DNA of 64,000 bases. It comes from Vicugna vicugna (lineage: Eukaryota). The stretch covers positions 2,723,305-2,787,304 of the forward strand of contig MU058451.1 in the NCBI GenBank assembly GCA_013265495.1, read 5' to 3'. The notes under the pieces are model-generated. The model searched no databases. It saw only the letters and a program-made list of their open reading frames with translations, and had not been told where the DNA came from. A program made the translations under genes and the position numbers. This document shows, piece after piece, positions 39,582 through 52,045 of this stretch (position 1 is the first letter of the stretch; each line of letters opens with the position of its first letter).

Positions 39582-39664
39582 GTAAGTCCAAAGTTTTGTT
39601 TTTGTAGATCAGTTTAAAGGGTTCCGGAAATATCAATGGTGAATGATTGTGTTCTAAATGTATG

Positions 39665-40010
39665 TGTATTTGTTTTCTGTTGCCATGTAACAAATGATCA
39701 CAATCTTAATGGCTTAAAACAGTACATATTTTTAATTTCATAGTCTTTGTGTATCAGTAGTCTGGGCATGGCTTAGCTGTGTCAGCTTCAGGAGGTCTCC
39801 CACAAGGTTGAAATCAAGGTGTTGGCTAAGGCTAGGGTTTCTTCTGAGGGCTCAGATGGGGGAAAATACACTTCTAAGCTCATGTGGTTGTTAACAGTAT
39901 TCAGTTCCTGGCTGGCTATTGGCCAGCCCTCAGTTCCTTGCCATATGGGGCTTTTCAACATGGCTTCTTGTATTTTCAAAGCTAGCAAGGGGCACAGTTA
40001 GCTAACAACA
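39665..40010 (-). mobile_element. MaLR LTR fragment (MLT1)
   Basis: ctgttgccatgtaacaaatgatcacaatcttaatggcttaaaacag. Confidence 0.75.
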
Positions 40011-40475
40011 CTTAGGGTTCTCTGAAAAGAAGATATCAAGAAGGAATTAGACATACAAGAGATCTTTGGAGGGAAATGCTTGTAAACAACAAAAGAAAGA
40101 GGAAGCCAGAGCAGGCAAGGAGAGGACTCAGATTGAGGTGTAGGTCTGAAACCTTTGAAATGAGAAAGAAGGAAGGAAAATTTGGTAGGATGCTCATCAG
40201 ACCAAAAGGCATGCCTGAGACACTCTCAGCCAGGTCAATAGGGAGCTTTAGAGCAAAGATTGCCTGTCACAAGTGTCCATGACAGGCAGGAGTTGGCTAC
40301 CTCTAGTGTCCTCGCAGTGCTTGGTCACTATAGGAGCAGACTGTGAGAGTTTGGCCTCTGGTTGAGTGCTGGGATGGATCTGAGAGTGCAGTAGCTGGAG
40401 GCTGTCTGCCAACTACCTTCCACCCAGCGGATTCTTTGGAAGGGAGGTTTGAGTAGCACACTTGCATTGCCACAA
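40010..40475 (-). mobile_element. ERVL-type LTR (LTR16-like)
   Basis: cttagggttctctgaaaagaagatatcaaga...ttgcattgccaca; family assignment tentative. Confidence 0.5.
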
Positions 40476-42483
40476 CAAATACCTTAATTATTCACTAAAT
40501 GCGGCATTTATTTAATATTATATTAGTTCAGTAACAAAATAATTATGTGGTCATATTTTTTATAATGTTTTGTGGTTATGACCTGAGTTTTCCTAGAATA
40601 TACTAGAACATCTGTATAAAATGTTGGCCATATTCATAGAAATCAATCTTATTTTTATGGCCCTATCTCCATTTAAATTCAGTAAGAGCTCTAAGTACAA
40701 TCTTGGACCAAAAATAGTTTTGGAATGGAAATGATTTATTTTGAGAATTTATAGCCTTGCTAATAAATTATATGCTACTATTAACTAATTGACAAATAAG
40801 CCTTCCTCAAAGTTATTCCCAAAAGTTCCTGGAGCTGTCTTAGATGAGCTCAAAAACAGTCTTCTTTTTGCTAACCCCTGACATCCGCCATGTTTCTTGT
40901 CTCTCACTCCAACACCTACATTGATATCTCTGGCCTGCTGAGCCATGCAAGTGGTACGTCACTTTGACCCTTGTTCATGGGCCTGATGTTACCACAGTGA
41001 TAAAAGTGCAAGAAGCTTATCCAGATATAAACTGTTGAGGTGTCAAAGCAGCACCTCCTTTCTTGGAGTCATTGAAGACTAGAATCATAGTGTGTTCCAT
41101 GCAGAAATGCAAGAAAGTCCCTTGTGCTGCATTGATGGTGGACACCGTAGCAGTACTACTGTGTGCCCATATCTCAAGGCATCCTTTGTGAAGTCAGCTC
41201 TTCAACTTCTGTACACATCCCTGACTTGGGAGAGGTTCAAGTCAAAGTCCACGGAGTGGGCGATGGGACCACTGTTTGAAACAGATTCTATGATGTGCCT
41301 CTTCTCCACGCTTTACCTTGCAAGTAGAGAAGTGGAGAGATTAGAAAGTTTGGTGGTACTTTAGGTTCAGAGTAATGAGGACCTGCATTAAGATAGTGGT
41401 AACAGGGATGAAAGGAGGCTAGTAGGATTTGCCAGGATTAGGATTTCTAGTGCCGATTTGGTGATGAAGGTGAGGAAATCAATTTTGGATCTGTTGGGTG
41501 TGGTAATAAGCAGCATTTGAGTAGAGGTATTGAGTGCATATAGGGGACAGGTCTGCAGGAGAAAGATTGAGACTAAAGGTGACAATTTGGGAGTCATTAT
41601 CCTATGTAGTATTTAAAGCTGGGGAGAGTGTGCACAGTGAAAATTGAGAAAAACTGAGGATAGAACCCTAAGAAGGACGAGTCAATGAGCTAGACTGGGG
41701 AGAAGCAGTCAGAAAGATTGGAGGACAACAGAAGGAAGTAGGAGCTCCAGCACCAAGGGAAGGAGAAGGTTTTGAGGAAGGAGCTGGCAGTTCTGTTAAG
41801 AATAACAAAGTTTAAGGTAAAGAAGGAAAAGTTGTTTTTTTTTGAATTATAGCTACAGTGAGTCATGGTGACTTACTAGGAAAATAACTTCAATGATTAT
41901 TTTCATTATTAAAAAAGGCTGTGTATCTTTTGCAAATCTGGCCAACTGAATAATGTAAAAAAGTTGAGCAAAACTCATTTTTTTCCTTGAATTTTCCATG
42001 TTCACTGGTAATAGGAAGATCATGAGGAAATAATAGTTCATTTATTTAATTTTTAATCGAAAGGTTCACTCTCATTCTCCAAGAAATCTTTCATCAGAAC
42101 TACTAAAAAGTGGGCATGAGTTGATTATCATCACTTCCTTTCCTTTCCTTTCCTTTTGAAATTTCTAGTGGAACTGTGACTATAACTGGAAATTTTATAT
42201 TTTCATTTGATAGTTTTCTCAAAAATATAGGTCCTCTATTTTTAGGCATAGCACACATAATTCTCATTGTGGGACCATTCTATTTAATTACGGTCTCAGA
42301 ACTTCAGTTTTCTCATCTGCAAAAAAAGGATAATAATATTCACACTATAGGTAGTTATGATGATTAAATGAGATAATGTAAGAAAAGCACAGGGCATATT
42401 TTAAGTATACAGTAAATGTTAATTATTATTTATAAAAGAATATCTTATTTGAGGGGCTAATGAAAAATTTTTTTCTTTTTAAG

Positions 42484-42612
42484 GGAGAGACATAAAAAAA
42501 TTATATTTCAATCTCTATATATCTGTTAAGTCTATTAGTCTTCCAGAGCGCAAAGAAGTTATTTGCCGAGGATCTGATGACAATTACTCTTTTTGCAGAG
42601 CTCTGAAGGGAG
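42484..42612 (+). CDS. LY96: LY96 exon 3 ([43 protein letters not shown])
   Basis: Manual translation. Acceptor ttttctttttaag, donor G|GTAAGC, 129 nt. Confidence 0.97.
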
Positions 42613-43169
42613 GTAAGCATTCAACTTACCAGAATATGAATTTTGGATGTTGTTTAACCTCTAGCAGCCTCATTTTCCTCCTCTGTGAAATGGGTACAAT
42701 GAAACATATTTTACATGGTTTTAAGGATTAAATTAGAGAATGCATATAAGAACACTTGGTACAGTGCTCAGCATAAGAATTCAAGAATTATGGTGATTAA
42801 ATATAAAATATTCATATGGGTAATAGAATCCTTCTTTTGTTCCTGACATTATAGTCCTGTCCTTTTTACAAGTGAGGAAAATGATGCCTTCAGTGGTTCA
42901 GTTCTTGTTCATTTGGACAACTGGTAATGGAGTAGTCTCCTGGCTCTACCACTGTACCATACTTTCTTTCTCTTTGAAAGGAATCCTCTTGGCAGATTGC
43001 TGTTGTTTAAAAAGTGTCCATTTCTCTCACACAACAGTTTTACAATGATTTCACTTAATCCCTGTGGGATTATGTTGACGTTTTCTGTGGATTTTCGAAG
43101 TTTCACTTTCCTGAGATCTAAGATGTATCAGACTCAGCCCTACCTGCCTGCTTCTTCTCTCCCTCCCTT

Positions 43170-44110
43170 CATTCCACAAACATCTGTTGAACCTGATTTG
43201 AGCAAGTCATGATTTAGATTGTGGTGATATGAAGTTGAATGACAGGGTCTCCCTTTCAGAAGGTCTGTTCTGGGAAAGATAATTATGGGAACAGATGTTC
43301 TAACGAAATGTCATAAATGCTAATAGATTGTATGTGCTTAGTTTTACCTAGATAGTTATCAACTTACTGTGTCAGGAGAACTCAGATAAGGCTTCAGAGA
43401 GTATTTTGTCAGAGTCTTGAATCTGAGAACATCAGAGAATAAGGCAAAAGGACATTCCCTGTAGAGGAAACAGCATCTGCAAACATATCTAGCCATGAAA
43501 GAATATGGTCCATTAGGAGAGTAGGTTTTTTGTAGCTGGAGCACAATGTGCCTGCAGGGAATTGCTGGGGATGAGCCTAGAAAAGGGAGCAGGAGCCAAC
43601 ATGTAAGTCATGCGTGAAATGTTGGCTCGCGTCTTGTTGTGAGTGGGTAGGGATGACCCCCCGAGATTTCCATTTTTGCAGATAACTAGTGTCCATATGG
43701 ATGGTGGTGGGGATTGGCTGATGCAAGAAACTTGGATGGAAGGGAATGCAGCTTGGAGGCAGTGTGAGAGACCAGGAGGGCTGAACAAAGGCAGCGGCCC
43801 TGGGAGTGGAGGGGTGGAAGCACCATGGAAGACAGAACCGGCAGGTCGTGCTCACTGATTCGGTGTGGCCGGGAAACACTGGGTAAATCAAGGACTGCTC
43901 AAGGGCCAGTGACTCGATGGATGGAAGTGCCATTATCTGAAATGTGTGCAAAAGGAAGGGGCAGATTTTTAAAGAGAAAGGTGATGAGTTCTGGTTTGGG
44001 CATGTTGAACTCAAGGTAAGTTTGGAACATTCGTGTAAACGTGTTCATCTAGCAGCTAAGTATGTGGGCCTAGAACTCAGGACATTCTGATTTAAGATGC
44101 TTTGAGGTTA
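43170..44110 (-). mobile_element. L2 fragments
   Basis: cattccacaaacatctgttgaacc...gagttctggtttggggcatgttgaact. Confidence 0.7.
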
Positions 44111-44399
44111 TCAACAGACCCTTGAACATTTAGGAATCAAACAAGTAAGTAACATACTTATCTACTTTCAAAATCACTTTCGCTTTTGTTGTTGTTACGA
44201 AGGTATACATTTATAGGATATGATGTTTAGACAATATAGGCAAGTAAAGATAAAATAAAAATTATCCATAGTCTTACCACTTCTTACACACACACACACA
44301 CCCCTTTGTTTCTTTCAAAAATACATTTATGAATAAATAAATAGATATTTCAAAGGCATCTTAAACTTAGTAAGTCAGTTAGCCCCAATTTCAACATTT

Positions 44400-44810
44400 T
44401 GCTAGGGTTGTTGTAACAAAGTACTGCAAACCGGGAGGCTTAGAACAACAGAAATTGAAGTCCGAGATCAAGGTGTCGTTGGGGCCAGGCTCTCTCTGAA
44501 GGCTCTTACGGATTATCTGCTCCAGGCCTCTTTCCTAGCTTCCAGTGGCCCCAGGAGACTCACTCTTGCCTTGCAGATGGCCATTTTCTTCCTGTGTCTC
44601 TTTGTGTAGTCTTCCCTCTATGCATGTTGGTCTACAGGTCTAAATTTCCCTTTCTATAAGGACACAGTCACATTTGATTAGGGCCCACTTCAATTACTTC
44701 ATCTTAACCTGACCATCGGCAAAGATCCTACTTCCAAAAAGGCCGTGTTCACAGGTACTGGGGTCAGGACTTGACTCTCCCTGGCGGGGGACGGTGTGCA
44801 ATCTAGAACG
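44400..44810 (-). mobile_element. MaLR solo LTR (MLT1B-like)
   Basis: gctagggttgttgtaacaaagtactgcaaac...cacaggtactgggggtcaggactt. Confidence 0.8.
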
Positions 44811-44894
44811 CCACACAAGGTTTGTGTCCTGCATCCTGCACGGTCTCCAGGAGACCTGGATGGGACCATCAGTGAGCTGCATGTCAATCATTTC

Positions 44895-45073
44895 TAACAA
44901 AATGGAAAGAAAAAAAGACTTAAAAACACCATGGCAAGTCTAGACAGAGAGACTATGGAAGAAAGGAAAAAACTTCCTATTTTAGTACTATGGAAAAGTT
45001 TCCCCTGCTGTTTGAATAAGTGGCCCCCATTTTCATTTTGTGCTTGGCCTTGCAAATTACGTGGCTGGTCTTG
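44895..45073 (-). mobile_element. hAT-Tip100 fragment (MER45-like)
   Basis: Terminus ttttcattttgtgcttggccttgcaaattacgtggctggtcttg. Confidence 0.6.
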
Positions 45074-45868
45074 GAGTCGGGTATGCAGGGACCAGGTAGT
45101 ACCAGGAGACAGAAATTCAGAAGTGACCCAGGCAAAGCCCCTGTCCTTGTGGAGCTTGTAGACAAGTGGAGGAAACAAGATGGGAACTAAGTCACGAAAT
45201 AAGTTAGAGATGAAAGTGAAGTAAGAGTCAGTCTGTGATAAGAGCTCTCAAGGCAAGTTCCAGGATAACCAGAGAGACCACAATGGCGGAGGCACCGGAG
45301 ACGGAGGTGATGGGAGGCACTTCTTCCTCCTCTCTTCACTCTTTCACTGCCTCCTGGCCTCGAACTGGTCTCCCTGACTTTAGAACCTCCCTTAAATCCA
45401 GCCACTGTACTCCAGGTCATGTGACTCACCTCTCTGAACACAGTCTGACCAGTTCACATCTTTGGAAGTTTTCCTGCCGCCTCCATTCTCTCCAGTGTGG
45501 AACCTAAGCCCATTCATGCTTGCTTCTTCCAGCTGACGTCTTAGCGTTCCTGCTGCTCCTTTGCTCTAATAACTTTGAGGCCTGTGCATAAGCTATATTG
45601 ACTGTTCCCTCCCTGCCTTTGCTCCTCTTCTTCCTGCCACCTGGAATGTTCCCCCACCCTCCTTCCCATCTTTTATGACAGGTCTACTGTCACAATAATA
45701 TTAATAACATTCACATTATTATTCAGAAGATGCCATGGGAGGGCGGTCTAGAAAGGAGTAACATTTAATGTCATAATAAATAATGTTTTTTAATGTTAAT
45801 AACATTTACTAAGTACTATGTTCCAGGCATTGTTCTTGGCACTTACATGTATTAACTTATATAGCCCT

Positions 45869-46328
45869 TGTGGACAAAGAATGTCACCTGCCAAATCAGT
45901 AAACAAAGCATGTTGTGGCCATCAAACCATCGGCCACTGTAGTTACCCTCCATCCACCCTCCCCAAGGTAGACCCTCAGGGGCTTCAGGATGGAGAAAAC
46001 AGGATACTGGCCCTAGAGAGTTAAGGTGCACGTCAAAGGAATGATTTCAATGAGTCCAGACCCTTGTGTCTTCCCATATAGAGAAAAGTGCTAAACTCAT
46101 TAACTTCAGATGTATGTTTTTTTCTTTAATTAACAGTAATCTTTTCATGTTCTGACTACTTTTTTTTTCCCTGCAAAAACTCCTGTGTATCCTGGCTCTT
46201 CCCTTACCTCTTCAGAACAGTCCCTCAGAGCTCTCTGAGAGGCTGTCTCCCAGGCTTAAGTCCTCAGAATGTTGGCTGAATAAAACATAATTCTCAACTT
46301 TTAGGTTATGTATTTTTTTCAGTCAACA
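45869..46328 (+). mobile_element. ERV1-type solo LTR, copy A, in LY96 intron 3, inserted into a MIR
   Basis: TG...CA termini, 4-bp TSD ccct (45865-45868, 46329-46332), AATAAA at 46279-46284. Homologous to 57084-57599. Confidence 0.85.
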
Positions 46329-47562
46329 CCCTCATAATAATCCTATGAGGTAGGTGTTATTATCCGCTGTCATTTTATTGAGGCACAGAGAAATTAAGTG
46401 ACTTACACAGAGTCACACCCTGAGTAAGTGGAAGAGCTGGGATTGAAGTCCAAGCAGTTCTGGCCCCAGAGCCGTTACTCAACAAAAAAGCTATCCTGCC
46501 TTTATCTTTACTGCATCTTTCATTGCACGTCATCGTTGTATTTGGAATGGTTTCTGTGCATGTCTAAACCCCCGGTGACTTTAACTCTTTGAGGGAAAGG
46601 ATGGTGTTATACTAACCTTTGTCTTCCCAGTCCTTGGTACATAGTAGGCCTTCAATAAATATTTGTTGAGCTATGAAGTTTGAAATGGATTGGCCTTGAA
46701 TGAAAGATCATAAGATCTTGAAGATATGATCACTTTACTAAAGTCAAGAACCAACATCTCAGTATATTAGCTCCCCTAATAAGGACATACCCAGAAGCAA
46801 ATAAATAAATGCTTATTTGTGAGAAAAGAACTCACACATGCAGACACAATCTGTTCATTTGCTGTTAAGGATTTTCCTTAGCCAATTCAAAGAACAATAA
46901 CCATTACTGTTTTGCATTTGACTATTTTACTTAAAAAATATTTTTGGTCACTGTTGCTTTTGTTAGAGACTCAAAACATTTCTACCTTTCTATCCGTACC
47001 CTGCAAGGTCACTCCTTTGCGTTTTCCAGCTGGGCCAGAGGAGTGCAGTTTTTCCTGTACGTCTGACTCTGTGCCTTACGGCTTCTGCAGGGCCAGGCCC
47101 GCGGCCGTGCATGTCCGCAGTGACTACGCACCTAGGCTTCTCAGTGCTGGGATTGGAGGGAGCTTTGCTAACCTGGCTGCCTCCCAAATCTCTCCGCCAC
47201 CTTTAGGGAGATTTTTCTTTATCATTCCCTGCTAAGAGGCAACAACAGTAAACATACACATGTATAACTTGGGATGAAGCATATTAGTACTAGCTTGTTC
47301 ATCATTCATTCATCACCGGGACCAGTGGGCCTTGAGGGATGAGATATAGGCTGGTACTGAGAGGAGCTCAGGGTGGCAGAGGAAGAAGCCACAGGACAGT
47401 CATAGCCAGGGTATAAGACTCATTATATCTCTACACTTTTGCTTGGGACTGCTTCTGTCAGGAGGAAAACTATAAAAGTTGCACTCCATACTACTATTAC
47501 CAAAAAAAAAAAAAAAAACCAAAACCATCTAATGTGCAGTAACTTTCTGTACTTTTTTGCAG

Positions 47563-47615
47563 AGACTGTGAATACAACAATAGGATTCTCCTTCAAGGGA
47601 CTACGATTTTCTAAG
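47563..47615 (+). CDS. LY96: LY96 exon 4 (ETVNTTIGFSFKGLRFSK)
   Basis: Lies within ORF 47439..47645. Acceptor ttttttgcag, donor AAG|GTATTG, 53 nt. Confidence 0.96.
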
Positions 47616-48348
47616 GTATTGTTCAAGTCATTTTGTACTTTCTAAACCTTTTGCAGTAACAGATGTGTTAAGAATTTGAAACAAGCAATTCATAACTTCT
47701 AAAAATATTGATTCAAGATTAAGATGTTTAAGATTTTTTTTTTAAACTTCTTCTTGGTTTTGGATATTCTGCTATTTCTTCTTTCTGTAGAATGCAGAAA
47801 AATAGAAAACTTACACCAAAGAAAGCCCTTTTGAATTTTATTTTTCCCTTCCAGCATACATTGCTAAAAGTAAATGCAAATGCTCATTGTGTATACATTG
47901 AATGATTTGGGTGAAAGCACTACATACCTGCTATGTATAACTCAGGAAATGCCTCCATGGACAATAATGATTTAATTTTAGACATTTGCATTCGATACCT
48001 AGCAATGACATTTTTCACGTTTCACTTTGGGTGATGATTTTAAAATAAATGTTAGTAATGTATATTTTTTATCAATTTTGTTACAAGGTGTATCTTGTTT
48101 GAAAAATCTCATTGGTAGGCTAGTTTCAAGAAATTATTTTTAAAATCCTCTCGGAATTGGGAAATAAATGGGTTTTTCTGCTCACTGAATTTTAAGGCAT
48201 ACAGAATTGCAGCTCATTAGAAAACAGAAAAAATGATAACCAATTCAGTGTAAATTGGCTTCCTCCTCATAAGACAAAATTCTTATAAAAGTCTTACAAG
48301 TTAGAAGCATCTAACATTCTATATTGTATTTCTCACTGCTCGTTTTAG

Positions 48349-48447
48349 GGACAATACAACTGTGTTGCAGAAGCCATCTCTGGGGACACTGAAGAAAGGC
48401 TCCTTTGCTTGAACTTCACCATCATACATCATCCTGATTCCAGCTAG
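48349..48447 (+). CDS. LY96: LY96 exon 5 ([32 protein letters not shown])
   Basis: Manual translation. Acceptor ctcgttttag, TAG stop at 48445-48447. Confidence 0.96.
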   Translation, partial: GQYNCVAEAISGDTEERLLCLNFTIIHHPDSS

Positions 48448-48453
48448 AATAAA
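48448..48453 (+). promoter_or_regulatory. LY96 poly(A) signal
   Basis: AATAAA directly after the stop codon, followed by U-rich sequence. Confidence 0.75.
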
Positions 48454-48514
48454 TGAAGTATTATATTTTTATTTTTCAAAGGTTTTATCCTTCCCTTAAT
48501 TTTTTTTTCACACA

Positions 48515-48895
48515 GTATATTAGTTTGCTGGGACTGCCACAGCAAATACCAGACTGGGCAGCCTGAACTTCAGAAATTTATTTTTCACAGATCTGGAGGC
48601 TGGAAAGCTGAGATCAGAGCTTTAGCTGCTCTGGTTCCTTTCGAGTCCTCCCTCCTGGGCTTGGGGATGACCTTCTTCTCCCGATGTCTTCACACCACCT
48701 TCCCTCTCCGCGCGTGTCCTAATCTCTTCTTATGAGGACACCAGTCGAATCGGTTTAGGGCCCACCCAAGTGACATCATTTTACCTTCATTACCTCTTTA
48801 AAGACTCTGTCTCCAAATCCAGTCACAGTCGGAGGTACTGAGGGTTCAGGCTTCAGCTTGCGGATTTTGAGGGGACACAGTGCAGCCCATAACAC
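48515..48895 (-). mobile_element. MaLR solo LTR (MLT1A-like) just downstream of LY96
   Basis: tatattagtttgctgggactgccacagcaaatacc...ggggacacagtgcagcccataaca. Confidence 0.85.
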
Positions 48896-49849
48896 AGAGG
48901 TAATGCAGTCTCTTCAGTCAGTTGACTTCTCTCCGTTTCCTGCCTCTGCTCTGGGGCGAGCAGCTGGCCCTGCCCCCCTGGCCTACTCTGCTGCCTCCTG
49001 CCTGCTCTTCCCGGGCCTGCTCAGGGCCTCAGGTAAAGTCTTCTTCACAGAACAGCTTCAGTGATACTTTCAAATCCAGGCCCAGTCCTGTCACCACAGT
49101 GCAGCTGGAACAAAACAAAACAAAAACAAGCAAGTCCCTCCCCATGGCTTTAGATTCCCTCTGGGATAAAGTTGGAATCTTCTGGACGGTCTGCCAGGCC
49201 CTGCCCCGCTTTCCCTCTTCAGCCTCTTCTCCCACCACTTTCCCCTTACGCTCTCTGTTCCAGAATGTGCCATCCTCCCTCCTTCACCCACACAGTTCCC
49301 TCCACCTCACCTCCACACCTCTATTCTACCTGGCCTTTATCCCTTATCTGTAACAGGTGTGACCTTTCTTGGCTCAGGTGCTTGTCCCCAGGGAATTATC
49401 ATCAGGTAGTGTGTAGCACGCCTCTTACACTTCTGACACTGGGCAGAGGCAGTCCTGAGTAGAGCCCTTCAGAAACCATGTAAGATGGAGCCAGGTTTTG
49501 AGGCTCCTGTGGCTTTCTTGGTCCCTCAGATCTCTTTCTCCCACCTGCCTTTACCTCATCCAGGCAGGACCAGCTGTCTCTGTTACATGCTTTTGTAGAC
49601 CTGTGTCCTTTCCTTCCAGTACTCAGCACTCATTTTGTCCTTCTGTTGATCACCCGTCACCAGACTAAGCTCCATGAGCCCGGCCGGGCGGTCAGTTCAG
49701 CTTTGCTCACCACCCTTGACCCAGCACCTTGCATAGTACTTAGGCTTGAATTTGCTCTGAAGCCATATGTGTTGAATGGATAAAAGAACATTTTCTTCTT
49801 ATAACATATTCAAATAATAGATACCCAAAGCAACATTCATGTAATCACT

Positions 49850-51110
49850 CACCTGATATTTACTGAGCACCTGCTATATGTCAGGCCTTATTCTAGATGC
49901 TGGGGATAACAGCATTTAACAATCCAGGCAAAATATATCCTTGCCCTCACAGAGTTCATATTTTTGCGGGAACAGACTGACAAATAAATGATAGAGTACT
50001 TTAGAAACAAGCCTGCTCTATATAAGTGCTCTGAAGAACGATAAAGCAGGGAAGGGGATAGGGACCCAGGCGGGGAGGTGGTGGTTGCATTTTCAAATAA
50101 GGTGGTCAGGAAAGGCCCCACAGAGAAGATATCTGAAAGAGCCGAGGGAGCAGGCCGGGTGGTTTTCTTTAGTAAAGGCATTGCAGGTTGAAAGAACAGC
50201 TGATGTCAAGGGAATGAGGGGAGGGGAGGTTAGCACGGCGTCTGTTGCGGGTGGGTAGGTACGTGCTGTGGAGTTTGACAGGCCATTGTTAGGACTTTGG
50301 CTACCGCTCTGAGTGAGATGGAAAGCTCTTGGAGGGTTCTTTGTAGGAGAATGACATCAGCTCCCATTATAAAAAAGGCTTATTCTGGCACTTAGACCTG
50401 GGAAAAAACTGGGGAGCTTTTTGTGATAATCTCGGTAGGAAAGGAAGGAGGAAATTGGGAAGTAATCCAGAAAAAGGATGATGGAGGAGGTGGTGAGACG
50501 TGATCTATGCTGGATATATTCTGAAAGTAGAGACAACTCCAAAAATACTTTTGTCTATGTGTTGGATGTAGGAAATCAGACAAAGGGAGGAATCATGGAT
50601 GATTCCAACTTTTTTGCTTGAGCAAATGGAAGGATGGAGTTGCCATTCCTTGAGATGGGGGTGTCAGAGAGGAGCAGGTTTTAGAGGGGAAAATCAAGAA
50701 CTTGGTTTTGGACATGTTGAGATATCTATCAGACATCCAAGTGGAGATTTTGCAAAGGCAGTGGAAAAGTGAGTCTGAAGTTCAGGAGAGAATTCTGGGC
50801 TGGAGATCAACATTTGGAAATTGTCAACAAGCAGAGAGGAGTGTCAGCAGAGAAAATAAGAGGTCCAAGGACTGAGCCCTGGGATTCTCCATCATCGGCG
50901 CAGATGAGAGGTTTAGGAGAAGCCAGCAAAAGAGAGGGAGTGGCCATGGAGATAGGAGGAAAAGCTGGGATGCTGGCCTATTGGAAGTCAGGTGAAGAAA
51001 CTGTTTCGCTGATTTTGATCTGCTGATCTGTAAAATAGGATGAAGCCTGAGTGTTGACTTTTGGATTTTGCAGTGCAGAGGTCTATGATTTGATAATGTC
51101 ACCAACAGAG
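49850..51110 (-). mobile_element. L2 LINE
   Basis: atatttactgagcacctgctatatgtcaggc...gagcaaatggaaggatggagttgcca...ggacatgttgag. Confidence 0.8.
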
Positions 51111-52045
51111 AGCCCTATGATTTTTCCAAGCATCAGTTCCAACTGTGTGCCACCAAAATATGGGGTGATTGTATTAAGCTCTCTGCAAAGCCCTGTGGAA
51201 TCCCCACTCATTAAGGACTGAGGTAGGAGATCCTTACCCACCTCCATTTCACCCCTTAAGGGGAGAGGTTTGGGGCTAAAGGTCACAGCACAGCTTTCTC
51301 CAAAAACCATCTTCCACAGATATTCTCCTTGAAGATCCTCCCTTGCATCAGGGGACCTCTTTTTATATTTGATGTAAATACTTTTTACTACTTGAAGTAA
51401 ATACTTAATATACTTAATATATCATATATGTAAAATTTTTTTTTTTTGCATACTGATAGCTCATTCTATAACTCTTGAGCTCTTGAGTGGGTTCCAGAGC
51501 TATGGAATGGGTAATCAGACATTTCGTATTCCCTGCTGCTGTTCCTGTGCACACCATTGCCCTGGCTCCAGGAACGGATCCTGATATGCCAGATAAGGTA
51601 TTCTTGCATGGAATTATTGGTCTAGCCGGGCGCATGACTGAAGTTGGCTCAGTCAGACTGCAAGGAAGGACTAAAATTCCTAGGCTATCTCACTGGGTAT
51701 AAACAAGGAGGATGTAGCCTCCATTTCTGCTCATAATCACTTGGTGACTATAAAGGGAACCAGACTTCCGATGAAGCCCATCTTGTGGACAGAAGAATGG
51801 AGAATTAGAAAGGACCTGAAGCTCTGCGGACACTGTTGCATCATTGAATCAGCTAAGTCTGGACCCTGCCATACCTCTGGACTGTCCTGTTACTGGTTTA
51901 GTGAGTTGGAGTCAGGACTCTATCACTTGCAGCTGAAAACATTCTAATTGATTTATAGCAACGTGGTCTGCCTCATCCCAGGAGTCAGGCTAATTTCAGA
52001 TTCTGGCCCTCCCTTTATTCCTCTCTGACTTTTTCCATTGCTTTT

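Larger units (their letters stand above)
32658..48447 (+). other. LY96: LY96 (MD-2, TLR4 co-receptor for LPS) gene span, 160 aa
   Basis: Five exons, 112+90+129+53+99 = 483 nt. All seven cysteines (25, 37, 51, 95, 105, 133, 148) are present. Confidence 0.97.

Noticed and set aside
41000..41360. Possible processed-pseudogene fragment in LY96 intron 2
   Set aside because: The frames I translated matched no protein I recognise, and I saw no poly(A) tail or TSD.
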